Shown: positions 49,812-58,789 of the stretch, one piece after another
How positions within the stretch are numbered: position 1 is the stretch's first letter
How the letters are laid out: every line of letters begins with the position of its first letter
Assembly: GCA_964607705.1 (NCBI GenBank)
Contig: CAZSLI010000004.1
Span: forward strand, 83,953 to 147,952
Direction: 5' to 3'
DNA from: an uncultured Eubacteriales bacterium
Lineage (GTDB): Bacteria > Actinomycetota > Coriobacteriia > Anaerosomatales > PHET01
Length of the DNA: 64,000 bases
Position numbers and translations under genes: made by a program
The notes under the pieces: generated by a model
The model's database searches: none
What the model saw: the letters and a program-made list of their open reading frames with translations, nothing else
What the model was told of the DNA's origin: nothing

Positions 49812-49930
49812 CGTCCACCCCCCGATCGTCCGCGTGCGCCAAGAACAGGCGCACTGTGCGCCTAGGAGAGGTTTCGTCGAATCGATGGGGTTCTCCTGCA
49901 CAGTTTGCAGGCGATTCCGCAAACGGCGAG

Positions 49931-51049
49931 CTAGCGGTAAACGCGCTCCAGCCGCATCCCGAACGAGCAGGCGATCTCGTAGTTGATGGTGCCGGCCAGA
50001 TCGGCCATTTCCTCGGCGGTGATCCGCTCGGGACCCTGCTCGCCGAGGAGCACCATCTCGTCACCTCGGCGCGCCTCCACGCCCCTCGGGACCTCGACCA
50101 TCAGCTGGTCCATGCACACACGACCGACTTGCTCAACACGACGCCCGCCGAGCAGCACGTTCATGCGCCCGGACAGCACGCGGTGCACACCATCGGCGTA
50201 ACCGAGAGGCAGGGTCGCGATGGTCGTCGGGGCGGCGGCCCGATACGTCAGCCCGTAGGAGACGCCCTCGCCCATAGAGATGCGCTTGACGAGCGTCGCA
50301 CGCGCCTTGACCGCCATCGCGGGGCGCAGGTCCACGCGCCCCCGCGTGTGCTGGGACGGCTGCAGCCCGTAGATCGCGATGCCGCACCGGACCATGTCGA
50401 AGTGGGCCTCGGGGTACAGCACGGTGGCAGGCGAGTTGGCGGCGTGCACGATGCCGGGGTCGACGCCCTCGGTGCGCATGGCGTCGAGGGCTGCCCGGAA
50501 GCGCTGCAGTTGGCGGGTGGCATCCCAATCGTCCGGCAGGTCTGCGGTCGCAAAGTGGGTGAACGTACCCTCGAGCCTCAGTCCCGGAAACTCGCGAAGC
50601 ATCGCAGCGAACTGCGGCGCGTCATCGGCGCAGACGCCGATGCGATTCATGCCGGTGTCTATCTTGAGGTGATATGGAGCTTCCACCCCCGCCTGAGCCG
50701 CTGCGCGACCCAGCGCTCCTGCGAACTCCCTGGTGTAGAGCGTGGGCGTCAGCCGGTGCTGCAGGATGTCAGTGACGGTGGTGGTGGGCGGCTCCGACAG
50801 GACCTGCACAGGGGCGGCGATACCGGCGTCCCTGAGAGCGATACCCTCTTCGACCGTCGCGACGCCAAGATTGCTCGCTCCCGCGGCCAAAGCGGCCTCG
50901 GCGACGCGGACCGCGCCGTGTCCGTAGCCATCGGCCTTGACGACCGCCATGAAGCGCGTCTCCGAGGGAGTGAGCGCCTTGAGCGCCCGTACGTTGTGCG
51001 CGATGGCCCCGAGGTCGATCTCGGCCCAGGCCCAGCGGGCGTCGGTCAT
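49931..51049 (-). CDS. alr: alanine racemase
   Basis: The PLP-lysine motif VVKADGYGHG and full-length Alr similarity. Confidence 0.92.
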   Translation of the reverse strand: MTDARWAWAEIDLGAIAHNVRALKALTPSETRFMAVVKADGYGHGAVRVAEAALAAGASNLGVATVEEGIALRDAGIAAPVQVLSEPPTTTVTDILQHRLTPTLYTREFAGALGRAAAQAGVEAPYHLKIDTGMNRIGVCADDAPQFAAMLREFPGLRLEGTFTHFATADLPDDWDATRQLQRFRAALDAMRTEGVDPGIVHAANSPATVLYPEAHFDMVRCGIAIYGLQPSQHTRGRVDLRPAMAVKARATLVKRISMGEGVSYGLTYRAAAPTTIATLPLGYADGVHRVLSGRMNVLLGGRRVEQVGRVCMDQLMVEVPRGVEARRGDEMVLLGEQGPERITAEEMADLAGTINYEIACSFGMRLERVYR

Positions 51050-51514
51050 CTAGGTCAGTCCCCGAGCCATCGCCCGAACGATGTCGTGCTTGCTCACGAT
51101 GCCGACCAGCTTGTCGCCCTCGAGTACCGGAAGCCTTGAGACATCCCGATCTGCCAGCAACGATGCCACCTCCTCGATCGAGGCGTCCACCGAGACGGTG
51201 ATCGGATCCTGCGTCATGACGTCGGCGACCGAGGCGGCAACCGCCTTCTTGAGTTCCTGCTCGAAGCGGACCGTCGACGGCGGGTACATGATGAAGCCGT
51301 CGAGCAGATGGATGTACGTGGGGAACTCGAGCTTCACGTCCTGCATGATCAGGTCGCCCTCGGTGACCAGTCCGACGAGCTTGCCGCCATCGACCACGGG
51401 CAGAGCGCCGAAGTCGTTCTCGGCCATCAGCTTGGCGGCCTCTGTCACGGTCAGATCCGCGGTCACCACGACCGGATCGGGTGTCATGATGTCACGCGCT
51501 GTCAGGTCTGCCAT
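51050..51514 (-). CDS. CBS-domain pair protein
   Basis: 154 aa made of two CBS repeats (ARDIMTPDPVVV..GALPVV; VADVMTQDPITV..SRLPVL). Confidence 0.8.
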   Translation of the reverse strand: MADLTARDIMTPDPVVVTADLTVTEAAKLMAENDFGALPVVDGGKLVGLVTEGDLIMQDVKLEFPTYIHLLDGFIMYPPSTVRFEQELKKAVAASVADVMTQDPITVSVDASIEEVASLLADRDVSRLPVLEGDKLVGIVSKHDIVRAMARGLT

Positions 51515-51536
51515 GGTCGCTCTCCCTATCGATGGT

Positions 51537-53066
51537 CTACCAACTGCCGAGGAGCTCGGCGTATGCAGTGGGCACGTATTCCGGTAGGTCTTCTGCTGTC
51601 ACGCACATCGGCGTGAGTTCCGCCGCTGCGGCTTCGCCCGCGCGTCCATGCAAGTGTGCTCCCAGAGCGCCGGCTTCGAACCCCGAAAGGCCCTGCGCGA
51701 CAAGCGCCCCGATGATCCCGGCAAGCACATCGCCGGTACCCGCGGTAGCGAGCGCGGGCGTTCCTGCGGTGATGATGACCTGCCTGCGCTCAGAGCTGAC
51801 GACCGTTCCCGCGCCCTTGAGGACCACGGTCCGGTCGCCCTCGGCGAGCCTTGCCGATGAGGATACCCTATCGGCCTGGACCTCGGCTGACGAGACGCCG
51901 AGCAGCCGGGCGAGCTCACCCGGATGCGGCGTGAGCACCGTCGGCGCGATCCGCTGTTCGAGCAGCGAGTGCGCATCGACCAAGGCGTTGAGCCCGTCCG
52001 CATCGATGACCAACGGCTTCTGCAGCTTGGCCACCAGGCCGCGCACCATTGCGACAGCCCCGTCGGCAAGTGTCAGACCCGGTCCCAGCACGACGGCGTC
52101 GTAGTCGGCCGCCAGTTCCAGCAGCGGCGTTATCGCGGCCGAGGAGAAGGTGCGGCTTCGCGCGGACGGCAACCCTACCACCGGCGCAGCCAGCAGGTGC
52201 GCCTGTGCGACCGGGACCACTGGCTCGGGGACCGCGAGCGTCACGTAGCCCGCACCGGCCCGCATCGCGCCTCGAGCCGCCAGCACGGCCGCACCCGGAA
52301 AGCGCCCGGAGCCCGCGATGACGAGTACTCGGCCTCGATCGTTCTTGTGGGCGTCAGCGGCCGGCATGGGCACGAGCGCTGAGTAATCGGCATCGAGCCA
52401 TATCTCGGGCGCCCCTAGCGCCGCGGCTTCCGACTCCCCGATCCCGATGTCGGCCACCACGATCTCGCCCGCACGGGCGGCGCCCGGATGCAGGACCAAT
52501 CCACGCTTGAGCGCCGAGAATGTGACCGTCACGTCGGCCTCCACGGACGACGGGTCGATATCCCCGAGGTCGCTACCGATTCCGGTGGGAAGATCTGCCG
52601 CGATGACGAGGATGCCGGCGGCGTTGATCGCACGGCACCAGGCAGGGAGCGGCTCGCGCAAGGGCAGATGCGACCCGGTGCCGAGCAAGGCATCGACCAG
52701 TACCGAGGCGGAGGCGAGCTCCTCGGCGGTGGGATCAGCAGGCGGCACCCGCCAGCGGACTCCCGCTTCGGACGCGCGCTCCGCGGCGTCACGGGCCACA
52801 CCGGTCATGCGGTCCGGCGCAAGGAATGCATAGACCTCGACCTCACGACCGGCTTCGCGAAGGAGCCGCGCGGCGACCCATCCGTCACCGCCGTTGTTGC
52901 CGGGGCCGGTGAGGACGACGACGCGTCCTTCAGGGACACGCTCGACAACCTCGGCAGCCAGCGCGGCTCCCGCGCGCTCCATCAGCTCCTCGAGCGTGAC
53001 GGACTGCGATGCGATCGCGGCTTCCTCGGCTGCCTTGGCTTGCTCGGCGGTCAGTGCTCGAAGCAT
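51537..53066 (-). CDS. nnr: bifunctional NAD(P)H-hydrate repair enzyme Nnr (epimerase/dehydratase)
   Basis: The YjeF_N domain (GPGNNGGDG) and the C-terminal carbohydrate-kinase domain (KGAGTVV..GTGDVLAG). Confidence 0.88.
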   Translation of the reverse strand: MLRALTAEQAKAAEEAAIASQSVTLEELMERAGAALAAEVVERVPEGRVVVLTGPGNNGGDGWVAARLLREAGREVEVYAFLAPDRMTGVARDAAERASEAGVRWRVPPADPTAEELASASVLVDALLGTGSHLPLREPLPAWCRAINAAGILVIAADLPTGIGSDLGDIDPSSVEADVTVTFSALKRGLVLHPGAARAGEIVVADIGIGESEAAALGAPEIWLDADYSALVPMPAADAHKNDRGRVLVIAGSGRFPGAAVLAARGAMRAGAGYVTLAVPEPVVPVAQAHLLAAPVVGLPSARSRTFSSAAITPLLELAADYDAVVLGPGLTLADGAVAMVRGLVAKLQKPLVIDADGLNALVDAHSLLEQRIAPTVLTPHPGELARLLGVSSAEVQADRVSSSARLAEGDRTVVLKGAGTVVSSERRQVIITAGTPALATAGTGDVLAGIIGALVAQGLSGFEAGALGAHLHGRAGEAAAAELTPMCVTAEDLPEYVPTAYAELLGSW

Positions 53067-53099
53067 CTCGTCCTCCGCCTCGGTGGGCTGGCGCCCTGG

Positions 53100-53714
53100 C
53101 TACGCGCCCGGCTGGGGCTCAGGCTCGGGTTCGGCATCCGGCCCGGCAGGCGTCTCGGCATCGGGCCCGGCAGGCGTCTCGGCATCGGGCTCGGCGAGCG
53201 TCTCAGCATCGGGCTCTTCGTGCGTGCGCGTGCCGGCGCTCGCCAGCATCTCCGGGTCGTCGAGCATCGCCTTCGCCTCCTTGAACAGGGCAGCAAGCTC
53301 GGCACGCGGATCAAGGCGCTCGTCCTTCTTCGGACGAGCATCCTGAGTGATAGCGACGGCCGACGCTACGGCTGTCGTATGCGTGAACGACAAGGACAGA
53401 TGCATCTCCACGACGCCGAGCTCCTCGGCGACCTCGGCGGCGCGCCCCGAGAGCCGAGGCACGGGGCGCCCGGACTGCTCGCGGATGACCTCGACGTCGG
53501 TGAAGCGCATGCCGGAGAAGCCGGTCCCGAGCGCCTTGAGGACGGCCTCCTTCGCAGCGAACCGCAGCGCGTAGTGCACCTCGGGCCGCGAGCGCTTGTC
53601 GCAGTACTTGCGCTCGTCCGCCGAGAAGATGCGCTCCTTGATCTTCGGCCGACGCTCGATGGCCTCTCGCATCCGCTCGATCTCGACGATATCGACACCC
53701 AGGCCGGTGATCAC
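53100..53714 (-). CDS. acpS: holo-[acyl-carrier-protein] synthase with ~80-aa acidic repeat-containing C-terminal extension
   Basis: The AcpS core is GLGVDIVEIERM..FAAKEAVLKALG..SLSFTH (~125 aa). The tail contains PDAETPAG repeats. Confidence 0.85.
   Translation of the reverse strand: MITGLGVDIVEIERMREAIERRPKIKERIFSADERKYCDKRSRPEVHYALRFAAKEAVLKALGTGFSGMRFTDVEVIREQSGRPVPRLSGRAAEVAEELGVVEMHLSLSFTHTTAVASAVAITQDARPKKDERLDPRAELAALFKEAKAMLDDPEMLASAGTRTHEEPDAETLAEPDAETPAGPDAETPAGPDAEPEPEPQPGA
53132..53216 (-). repeat. 24-bp imperfect tandem repeat (about 3.5 copies) in the acpS 3-prime region
   Basis: The units are cggcatccggcccggcaggcgtct, cggcatcgggcccggcaggcgtct and cggcatcgggctcggcgagcgtct, plus a partial copy. 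They are in frame and encode (E)PDAET(P/L)A(G/E). Confidence 0.85.
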
Positions 53715-53716
53715 GC

Positions 53717-55540
53717 CTACTCCACCGTCACAGACTTGGCGAGGTTCCGCGGCTGATCGACGTTGCAGCCGCGCATCTTGGCGATGTAGTAAGCGAGCAG
53801 CTGCAGAGGCACCGAGGCCGGGATCGCTGAGAGCGCTTCGCTCGTCGCGGGCACGCTCAGCACGTGCTCGGCCTGCTGCTTGATGTCAGTGTCGCCGGCC
53901 GTCGCGACGGCGATGACGTTCGCCCCGCGAGCACGGACTTCCTGGATGTTGGAGACGACCTTCTCGTACGTGTGCCCCTGCGTGGCCACGACAACGACCG
54001 GTACCTCATCGGTGATCAGCGCGATCGGCCCGTGCTTCATCTCGCCCGAGGCGTAAGCCTCCGCGTGGATGTAGCTGATCTCTTTGAGCTTGAGCGCGCC
54101 CTCCATTGCGACCGGCACACCCACTCCCCTGCCGAGGAACAGCGAGCTGCAGGCGCCGGTGTACGCCGCGGCACACTCCTTGAGACCGGAGAGGTCCTCG
54201 AGGATCACGTCGACGATCTCCGGGATGTTGACGAGCTCACTCCACAGCGACTGCACGCGCTCGTCGGAAAGGGTGCCTTTCGCCTGTGCGAGCTTGAGCG
54301 CCAGCACGGTGAGAGCGGCGATCTGTGCTGTGAAGGTCTTCGTTGCCGCGACCCCGATCTCAGGGCCCGCATGGGTGTACAGGACGCCGTCGGACTCGCG
54401 CGTCACGCGGCTGCCGACGACGTTCGTGATCGCGATGACCTTCGCGCCCCGCTCCCGAGCCTCGCGGACGCCGGCCAGCGTGTCAGCGGTCTCGCCTGAC
54501 TGCGTGATGGCCACGACCAGCGTCTCGTCATCCACGATGGGGTCGTTGTAGCGGAACTCGCTCGACACCTGGACCTCGACCGGGATGCGGGCCCACTGCT
54601 CGATGAGAGTCTTGGCGACGAGACCCGCGTGGAACGACGTGCCGCACGCGATGATGAAGACGCGATCGATCGCGGCGACCTGCTCGGGAGCCATCGCGAG
54701 CTCTGAAAGCTGGATCTCGCCATCCACCATGCGGCCGCGCAGCGTCTCGCGCAGCGCCTTGGGCTGCTCGAAGATCTCCTTGAGCATGAAGTCCTCGAAA
54801 CCGCCCTTCTCGGCGGCGTCCAGGTCCCATTCGACGTGCATCATCTCGGGCTCGACCGGCTCGAGTGCCGCGTCGAGCACCCGGATCTCCTCGGCGGAGA
54901 CGACAGCGATCTCGCCGTCGTGAAGCACGACGACTTCGCGCGTGTACTCGAGGACCGCAGGAATGTCGCTCGCGACTATGTTCTCGCCGACGCCCGCGCC
55001 GATGATGAGCGGCGACTCCTTGCGGGAGGCGACGATGAAGTCGGGCTGGTCGAGATGCACGACTGACAGCGCGTAGCTGCCGTCGAGCCGCTTGACGGCG
55101 CGGGCCACCGCGGCCACGAGATCGCCCTCGTAGTAGCTCTCGATCAGGTGCGCGATCGTCTCGGTGTCGGTCTCGCTGCGCAGCTTGTGACCAGTGGCCG
55201 CCAACTCTTCGCGCAGCTCGAGGTAGTTCTCGATGATGCCGTTGTGCACGACCGCGATGCGACCCGAGCAGTCGACGTGAGGATGCGCGTTATCCTCGCT
55301 CGGCCGGCCATGCGTCGCCCAACGGGTGTGCCCGATGCCCACCTGGCCCTGCAGGGGGTCTGTGTCGATCGCATGCCGCAGGTTGACGAGCTTGCCCACG
55401 CGCCGCATGACAGCAAGATCGCCACCTTCGACGATAGCCACGCCCGCCGAGTCATAGCCGCGGTACTCCAGACGAGCCAAGCCGCCGAGCAGCACGTCGC
55501 TCGCCTTGCGGGGCCCGATGTATCCAACGATTCCGCACAT
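53717..55540 (-). CDS. glmS: glutamine--fructose-6-phosphate aminotransferase
   Basis: The N-terminal nucleophile MCGIVGY, two SIS domains and the C-terminus NLAKSVTVE. Confidence 0.96.
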   Translation of the reverse strand: MCGIVGYIGPRKASDVLLGGLARLEYRGYDSAGVAIVEGGDLAVMRRVGKLVNLRHAIDTDPLQGQVGIGHTRWATHGRPSEDNAHPHVDCSGRIAVVHNGIIENYLELREELAATGHKLRSETDTETIAHLIESYYEGDLVAAVARAVKRLDGSYALSVVHLDQPDFIVASRKESPLIIGAGVGENIVASDIPAVLEYTREVVVLHDGEIAVVSAEEIRVLDAALEPVEPEMMHVEWDLDAAEKGGFEDFMLKEIFEQPKALRETLRGRMVDGEIQLSELAMAPEQVAAIDRVFIIACGTSFHAGLVAKTLIEQWARIPVEVQVSSEFRYNDPIVDDETLVVAITQSGETADTLAGVREARERGAKVIAITNVVGSRVTRESDGVLYTHAGPEIGVAATKTFTAQIAALTVLALKLAQAKGTLSDERVQSLWSELVNIPEIVDVILEDLSGLKECAAAYTGACSSLFLGRGVGVPVAMEGALKLKEISYIHAEAYASGEMKHGPIALITDEVPVVVVATQGHTYEKVVSNIQEVRARGANVIAVATAGDTDIKQQAEHVLSVPATSEALSAIPASVPLQLLAYYIAKMRGCNVDQPRNLAKSVTVE

Positions 55541-55629
55541 AGGTGTAGACCAGCCCTTCGATAGGGTGAGTGTCGCATACAGAAACGCGTCCCGCGGCGC
55601 GAGAGGAAGTTCATTACTTCCCTATACGG

Positions 55630-55825
55630 GATTCCCTTGAGCACGGATGTTTTGTCTCTTCGGTTGCCCGAAGCTTTTGTCATCCGCGTGACGACTGAGG
55701 GTGTCAGCCGGGGGGCCATCCGCCGAATCTTTCGATAAGCCCCCACCTCGTCGACCGGTGCTCCGCCCCTTGAGGGCAGGTCGCGCCGCTTCTCCAACGG
55801 CGCGCCACTGGTCCTGGCGCTTTGA
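55630..55825 (-). ncRNA. glmS ribozyme (GlcN6P-dependent self-cleaving riboswitch)
   Basis: The minus strand reads ..CAAA|GCGCCAGGACCAGUGGCGCG..GGUCGACGAGGUGGGGGCUUAUCGAAAGAUUCGGCGGAUGGCCCCCCGGCUGA..CACGCGGAUG..GCUUCGGGCAACCGAAG..CAUCCGUG. This matches the conserved glmS core blocks (AGCGCCAG, GACGAGG, AUCGAA..UUCGGCGGAUG, CCCGGCUGA) and the P4 helices. It sits in the glmS 5-prime UTR. Confidence 0.85.
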
Positions 55826-55874
55826 CTCACAGGCTCACTTCGATGGGCCCCTCCCTTCGTCGGCGTGCCTCACG

Positions 55875-55883
55875 ATTGTACCA
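55875..55883 (-). promoter_or_regulatory. candidate extended -10 promoter (TGGTACAAT) for the glmS leader
   Basis: TGGTACAAT on the minus strand lies about 55 nt upstream of the predicted ribozyme cleavage site. The -35 is weak. Confidence 0.4.
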
Positions 55884-55949
55884 ACTCGAGACATCGGTCC
55901 GATGACGCGCCGATGACGGTTCGCCGAGAAGCCGCGCGAGGGCAGCGGA

Positions 55950-57293
55950 TCAGACGAGCTCCGCGCGCACGATGGCAGAGATCCGGTCCACGACGGCACG
56001 GGCCTCAGACTCGTCGGCCGCCTCGGCCATGACCCGCACGAGAGGCTCGGTACCGGAGGCGCGCACCAGCACGCGGCCGGTATCACCCAACTCGTCCTCG
56101 GCGGCATGGATGGCTTCGGTGATCGCCGCGCTGGTCACGAGTCCCGCCTTGTCCGCGACGTGGACGTTCTCCAGTACCTGCGGGTAGCGGCTCATGACCT
56201 TCACGAGCTCAGAGAGCGGCTTGCCAGCAGTCTTCACCCTGGAGGCGAGTTGCAGCGCGGTCACCAGCCCGTCGCCCGTCGAATTGTGCTCGAGGAAGAT
56301 GATGTGGCCCGACTGCTCGCCACCCAGATTGGCGCCCATGGCCTGCATCTGCTCCAGGACGTAGCGGTCGCCGACCTTCGTCTTCACGAAGTTGAGGCCG
56401 CGCTCGCGCATGGCAACCTCGAAACCGAGGTTCGCCATGACGGTGGAGACGACCACGTTGCCGGCCAGCGTGCCCTCGTCCGCCATAGCGGTCGCGCAGA
56501 TCGCCATGATCTGGTCGCCATCGACCTCGGCGCCCGACTCGTCCACCGCGAGCATGCGGTCCGCGTCGCCATCGTGGGCGATACCGAAGTCACACCCCTC
56601 GCGAACGACGAGCTCAGCGATCGGCCCCAAATGCGTCGAGCCGCAGCCGACGTTGATGTCCATGCCGTCCCAGTCGCAGTTGATCGCGACCACTTCTGCA
56701 CCGAGCCGCTCGAGTGCTTCGCGGCTGGTGACACTGGCAGCGCCGTGACCGCAGTCGAGACCGATGCGGAGACCGGAGAGGTCGCCTGCGATGGTCGAGC
56801 AGGCATGGTCGATGTAGCGGGCCGCGGCGTCACCGAGATGCTCACAGCACCCCACGCCGGCGCCCGTCGGACGCTCGAAGCCGCAGCCTTCATCCGAGCA
56901 GAAGCTCTCGATCTCATCCTCGAGGTCGTCGGGAAGCTTGAAGCCTTCTCGGCTGAAGAGCTTGATGCCGTTGTACTCCGGCGGGTTGTGGCTTGCCGAG
57001 ATCACGACACCACCGTCGGCAGCGAGCTCCCGGACGAGAAAGGCGATCGCCGGCGTGGGCACGACTCCTGCGAGCAGCGCGTCGGCACCGCTGGAGGTGA
57101 TGCCGGCCACGAGGGCGGCTTCCAGCATCGAGCCGCTGCGACGGGTGTCGCGGCCGACGACGATCCGGCCCTGCCGGCCGCGGCCGGCCAGAAAATGCCC
57201 CGCTGCCTCGCCCAGACGGAACGCAAGCTCGGGTGTGAGCTCGGCGTTCGCGATCCCGCGTACACCGTCGGTACCGAAGAGTCTGCCGCCCAT
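55950..57293 (-). CDS. glmM: phosphoglucosamine mutase
   Basis: The start MGGRLFGTDGVRG has the SD GGAGG. The phosphoserine loop is SASHNPPEYNGIK. Confidence 0.93.
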   Translation of the reverse strand: MGGRLFGTDGVRGIANAELTPELAFRLGEAAGHFLAGRGRQGRIVVGRDTRRSGSMLEAALVAGITSSGADALLAGVVPTPAIAFLVRELAADGGVVISASHNPPEYNGIKLFSREGFKLPDDLEDEIESFCSDEGCGFERPTGAGVGCCEHLGDAAARYIDHACSTIAGDLSGLRIGLDCGHGAASVTSREALERLGAEVVAINCDWDGMDINVGCGSTHLGPIAELVVREGCDFGIAHDGDADRMLAVDESGAEVDGDQIMAICATAMADEGTLAGNVVVSTVMANLGFEVAMRERGLNFVKTKVGDRYVLEQMQAMGANLGGEQSGHIIFLEHNSTGDGLVTALQLASRVKTAGKPLSELVKVMSRYPQVLENVHVADKAGLVTSAAITEAIHAAEDELGDTGRVLVRASGTEPLVRVMAEAADESEARAVVDRISAIVRAELV

Positions 57294-57368
57294 CGAAGCC
57301 GCCTCCGTAAACAGAACGGGGCCCGCCAATGGCGAGCCCCGTTCGGTGAGTCCTGTCGGGGAAGGTCC

Positions 57369-57767
57369 CTACCGCTTGCTGAACTGCGGCTTCTTGCGGG
57401 CCTTCTTGAGACCGTACTTCTTGCGCTCGACCATACGCGGGTCGCGGCGAAGGAGTCCGGCGCGCTTGAGCTCGGGACGGTACTCGTCGCCGGCCTCGAG
57501 CAGGGCACGAGCGATACCGTGGCGCAGAGCGCCGGCCTGGCCGGACACGCCGCCGCCGACGATCGTCGCGATGACGTCGAAGCGGCCGACGGTCTCGGTG
57601 ACCTTGAACGGCGTGGATGCGAAGTTGACGAGCGCCTCGCGGCCGAAGTACTCGGCAGCGGGCTTCTTGTTCACGGTGATGACGCCGGTACCGGGCACGA
57701 GGCGCACGCGGGCGACCGCGTTCTTGCGGCGGCCGGTGCCGAGGTAGACAGCCTTGTTCTCAGCCAT
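57369..57767 (-). CDS. rpsI: 30S ribosomal protein S9
   Basis: [14 protein letters not shown].. and the C-terminus [12 protein letters not shown]. Confidence 0.96.
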   Translation of the reverse strand: MAENKAVYLGTGRRKNAVARVRLVPGTGVITVNKKPAAEYFGREALVNFASTPFKVTETVGRFDVIATIVGGGVSGQAGALRHGIARALLEAGDEYRPELKRAGLLRRDPRMVERKKYGLKKARKKPQFSKR

Positions 57768-57770
57768 GCG

Positions 57771-58205
57771 CTAACCCTCCAGCGTGATCTGACGCGGCTT
57801 CTGGGCCTCGTGGGGATGCTCGGGGCCCGCGTACACCTTGAGCTTGCGGTTCATCGCGCGCCCGAGGGTGTTCTTGGGGAGCATGCCCTTGACGGCCTTC
57901 TCCACGATGCGCTCAGGGTGCTTCGCCAGCATGCGCTGGAACGAAACCTCCTTCAGGCCACCGGGGTAACCGCTGTGGGAGTAGTAGTTCTTGGTGTTCG
58001 CCTTGTTGCCGGTGAGGCGTACCTTCTCGGCATTGATGACGATGACGAAGTCACCGGTATCGACGTGCGGCGTGTAGGTCGGCTTGCGCTTGCCCTTGAG
58101 GATCTGGGCAACCTCGCTTGCGAGCCGTCCAAGCACCATGTCAGTAGCGTCGACGAGCAGCCACTCGCGCTCGACTTCGCCTGGCTTGGCGTGGTAGGTC
58201 TTCAC
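57771..58205 (-). CDS. rplM: 50S ribosomal protein L13
   Basis: The GTG start at 58205 ([20 protein letters not shown]) fits the usual L13 N-terminus, and the SD GGAGGA lies just upstream. Confidence 0.93.
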   Translation of the reverse strand: MKTYHAKPGEVEREWLLVDATDMVLGRLASEVAQILKGKRKPTYTPHVDTGDFVIVINAEKVRLTGNKANTKNYYSHSGYPGGLKEVSFQRMLAKHPERIVEKAVKGMLPKNTLGRAMNRKLKVYAGPEHPHEAQKPRQITLEG

Positions 58206-58271
58206 GGGTCCTCCAACTGAGGTCAGCATCTAGTTGTTCGTGTCACGGGGCTGGCGGAAACGAACCCCGCT

Positions 58272-58300
58272 ATTCTATCCGCGAGGCAGGGCAGCGTCAA
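58272..58300 (-). promoter_or_regulatory. near-consensus promoter for rplM-rpsI
   Basis: On the minus strand this reads TTGACG-17 nt-TAGAAT (-35 at 58295-58300, -10 at 58272-58277). It lies about 65 nt upstream of the rplM start. Confidence 0.55.
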
Positions 58301-58347
58301 ACAGTACACGCACCCGGGCGTATCTACCCTTCTCTCCCGAGTAGCGC

Positions 58348-58776
58348 TCAGTCGGCATCCGTGGACGTCTGCGCTTCGGCGCTCCCTTCAAGCAGGCTGA
58401 TGATGTGGTCGAGCTTGTCGTGCTGGATGCAGTCGAGCGCGCGACGTAGCTGCTCGACCTCCGTCTCAGCGCGCAGGTTGGTGTCGTAGTCGGCCTGCGC
58501 CTGCTCACGGTCCCGTTCGGCCTGGCGGTTCTGGCTCATCATGATGACCGGGGCAGCATAGGCAGCCTGCGTCGAGAACAGCAGGTTGAGCAGGATGAAC
58601 GGGTACGGGTCCCAGTGCTGCCACCAGCCCACCATGTTCAGCGCTATCCATGCGGCCACGAACACGCTCTGGCAGATGATGAACGGCCACGATCCCATGC
58701 CGGAAGCCACGCCGTCCGCGACCCTGTCGCCGAACGACCGCTTCCCGATGTGCGTCTGATGCCAGTTCTGAGCCAT
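58348..58776 (-). CDS. DUF1003 domain-containing membrane protein
   Basis: FGDRVADGVASGMGSWPFII..DPYPFILLNLLFSTQAAYAAPVIMMSQNRQ is the DUF1003 pattern. The SD is GAGGAGG. Confidence 0.8.
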   Translation of the reverse strand: MAQNWHQTHIGKRSFGDRVADGVASGMGSWPFIICQSVFVAAWIALNMVGWWQHWDPYPFILLNLLFSTQAAYAAPVIMMSQNRQAERDREQAQADYDTNLRAETEVEQLRRALDCIQHDKLDHIISLLEGSAEAQTSTDAD

Positions 58777-58789
58777 TGGTCCTCCTCGC

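Noticed and set aside
53132-53216. Tandem 24-bp repeats (also at 3668-3715) considered as a possible CRISPR-like or minisatellite array
   Set aside because: The units are directly adjacent with no spacers, and there are only 2-3.5 copies. They are in frame inside CDSs encoding Pro/Ala/Glu-rich linkers, and there are no cas genes. I kept them only as coding tandem repeats.
55144-55830. 228-aa minus-strand ORF spanning the glmS 5-prime end and leader
   Set aside because: It overlaps the true glmS frame and the glmS ribozyme. The region is explained by the RNA element, and the translation has no protein-like features.
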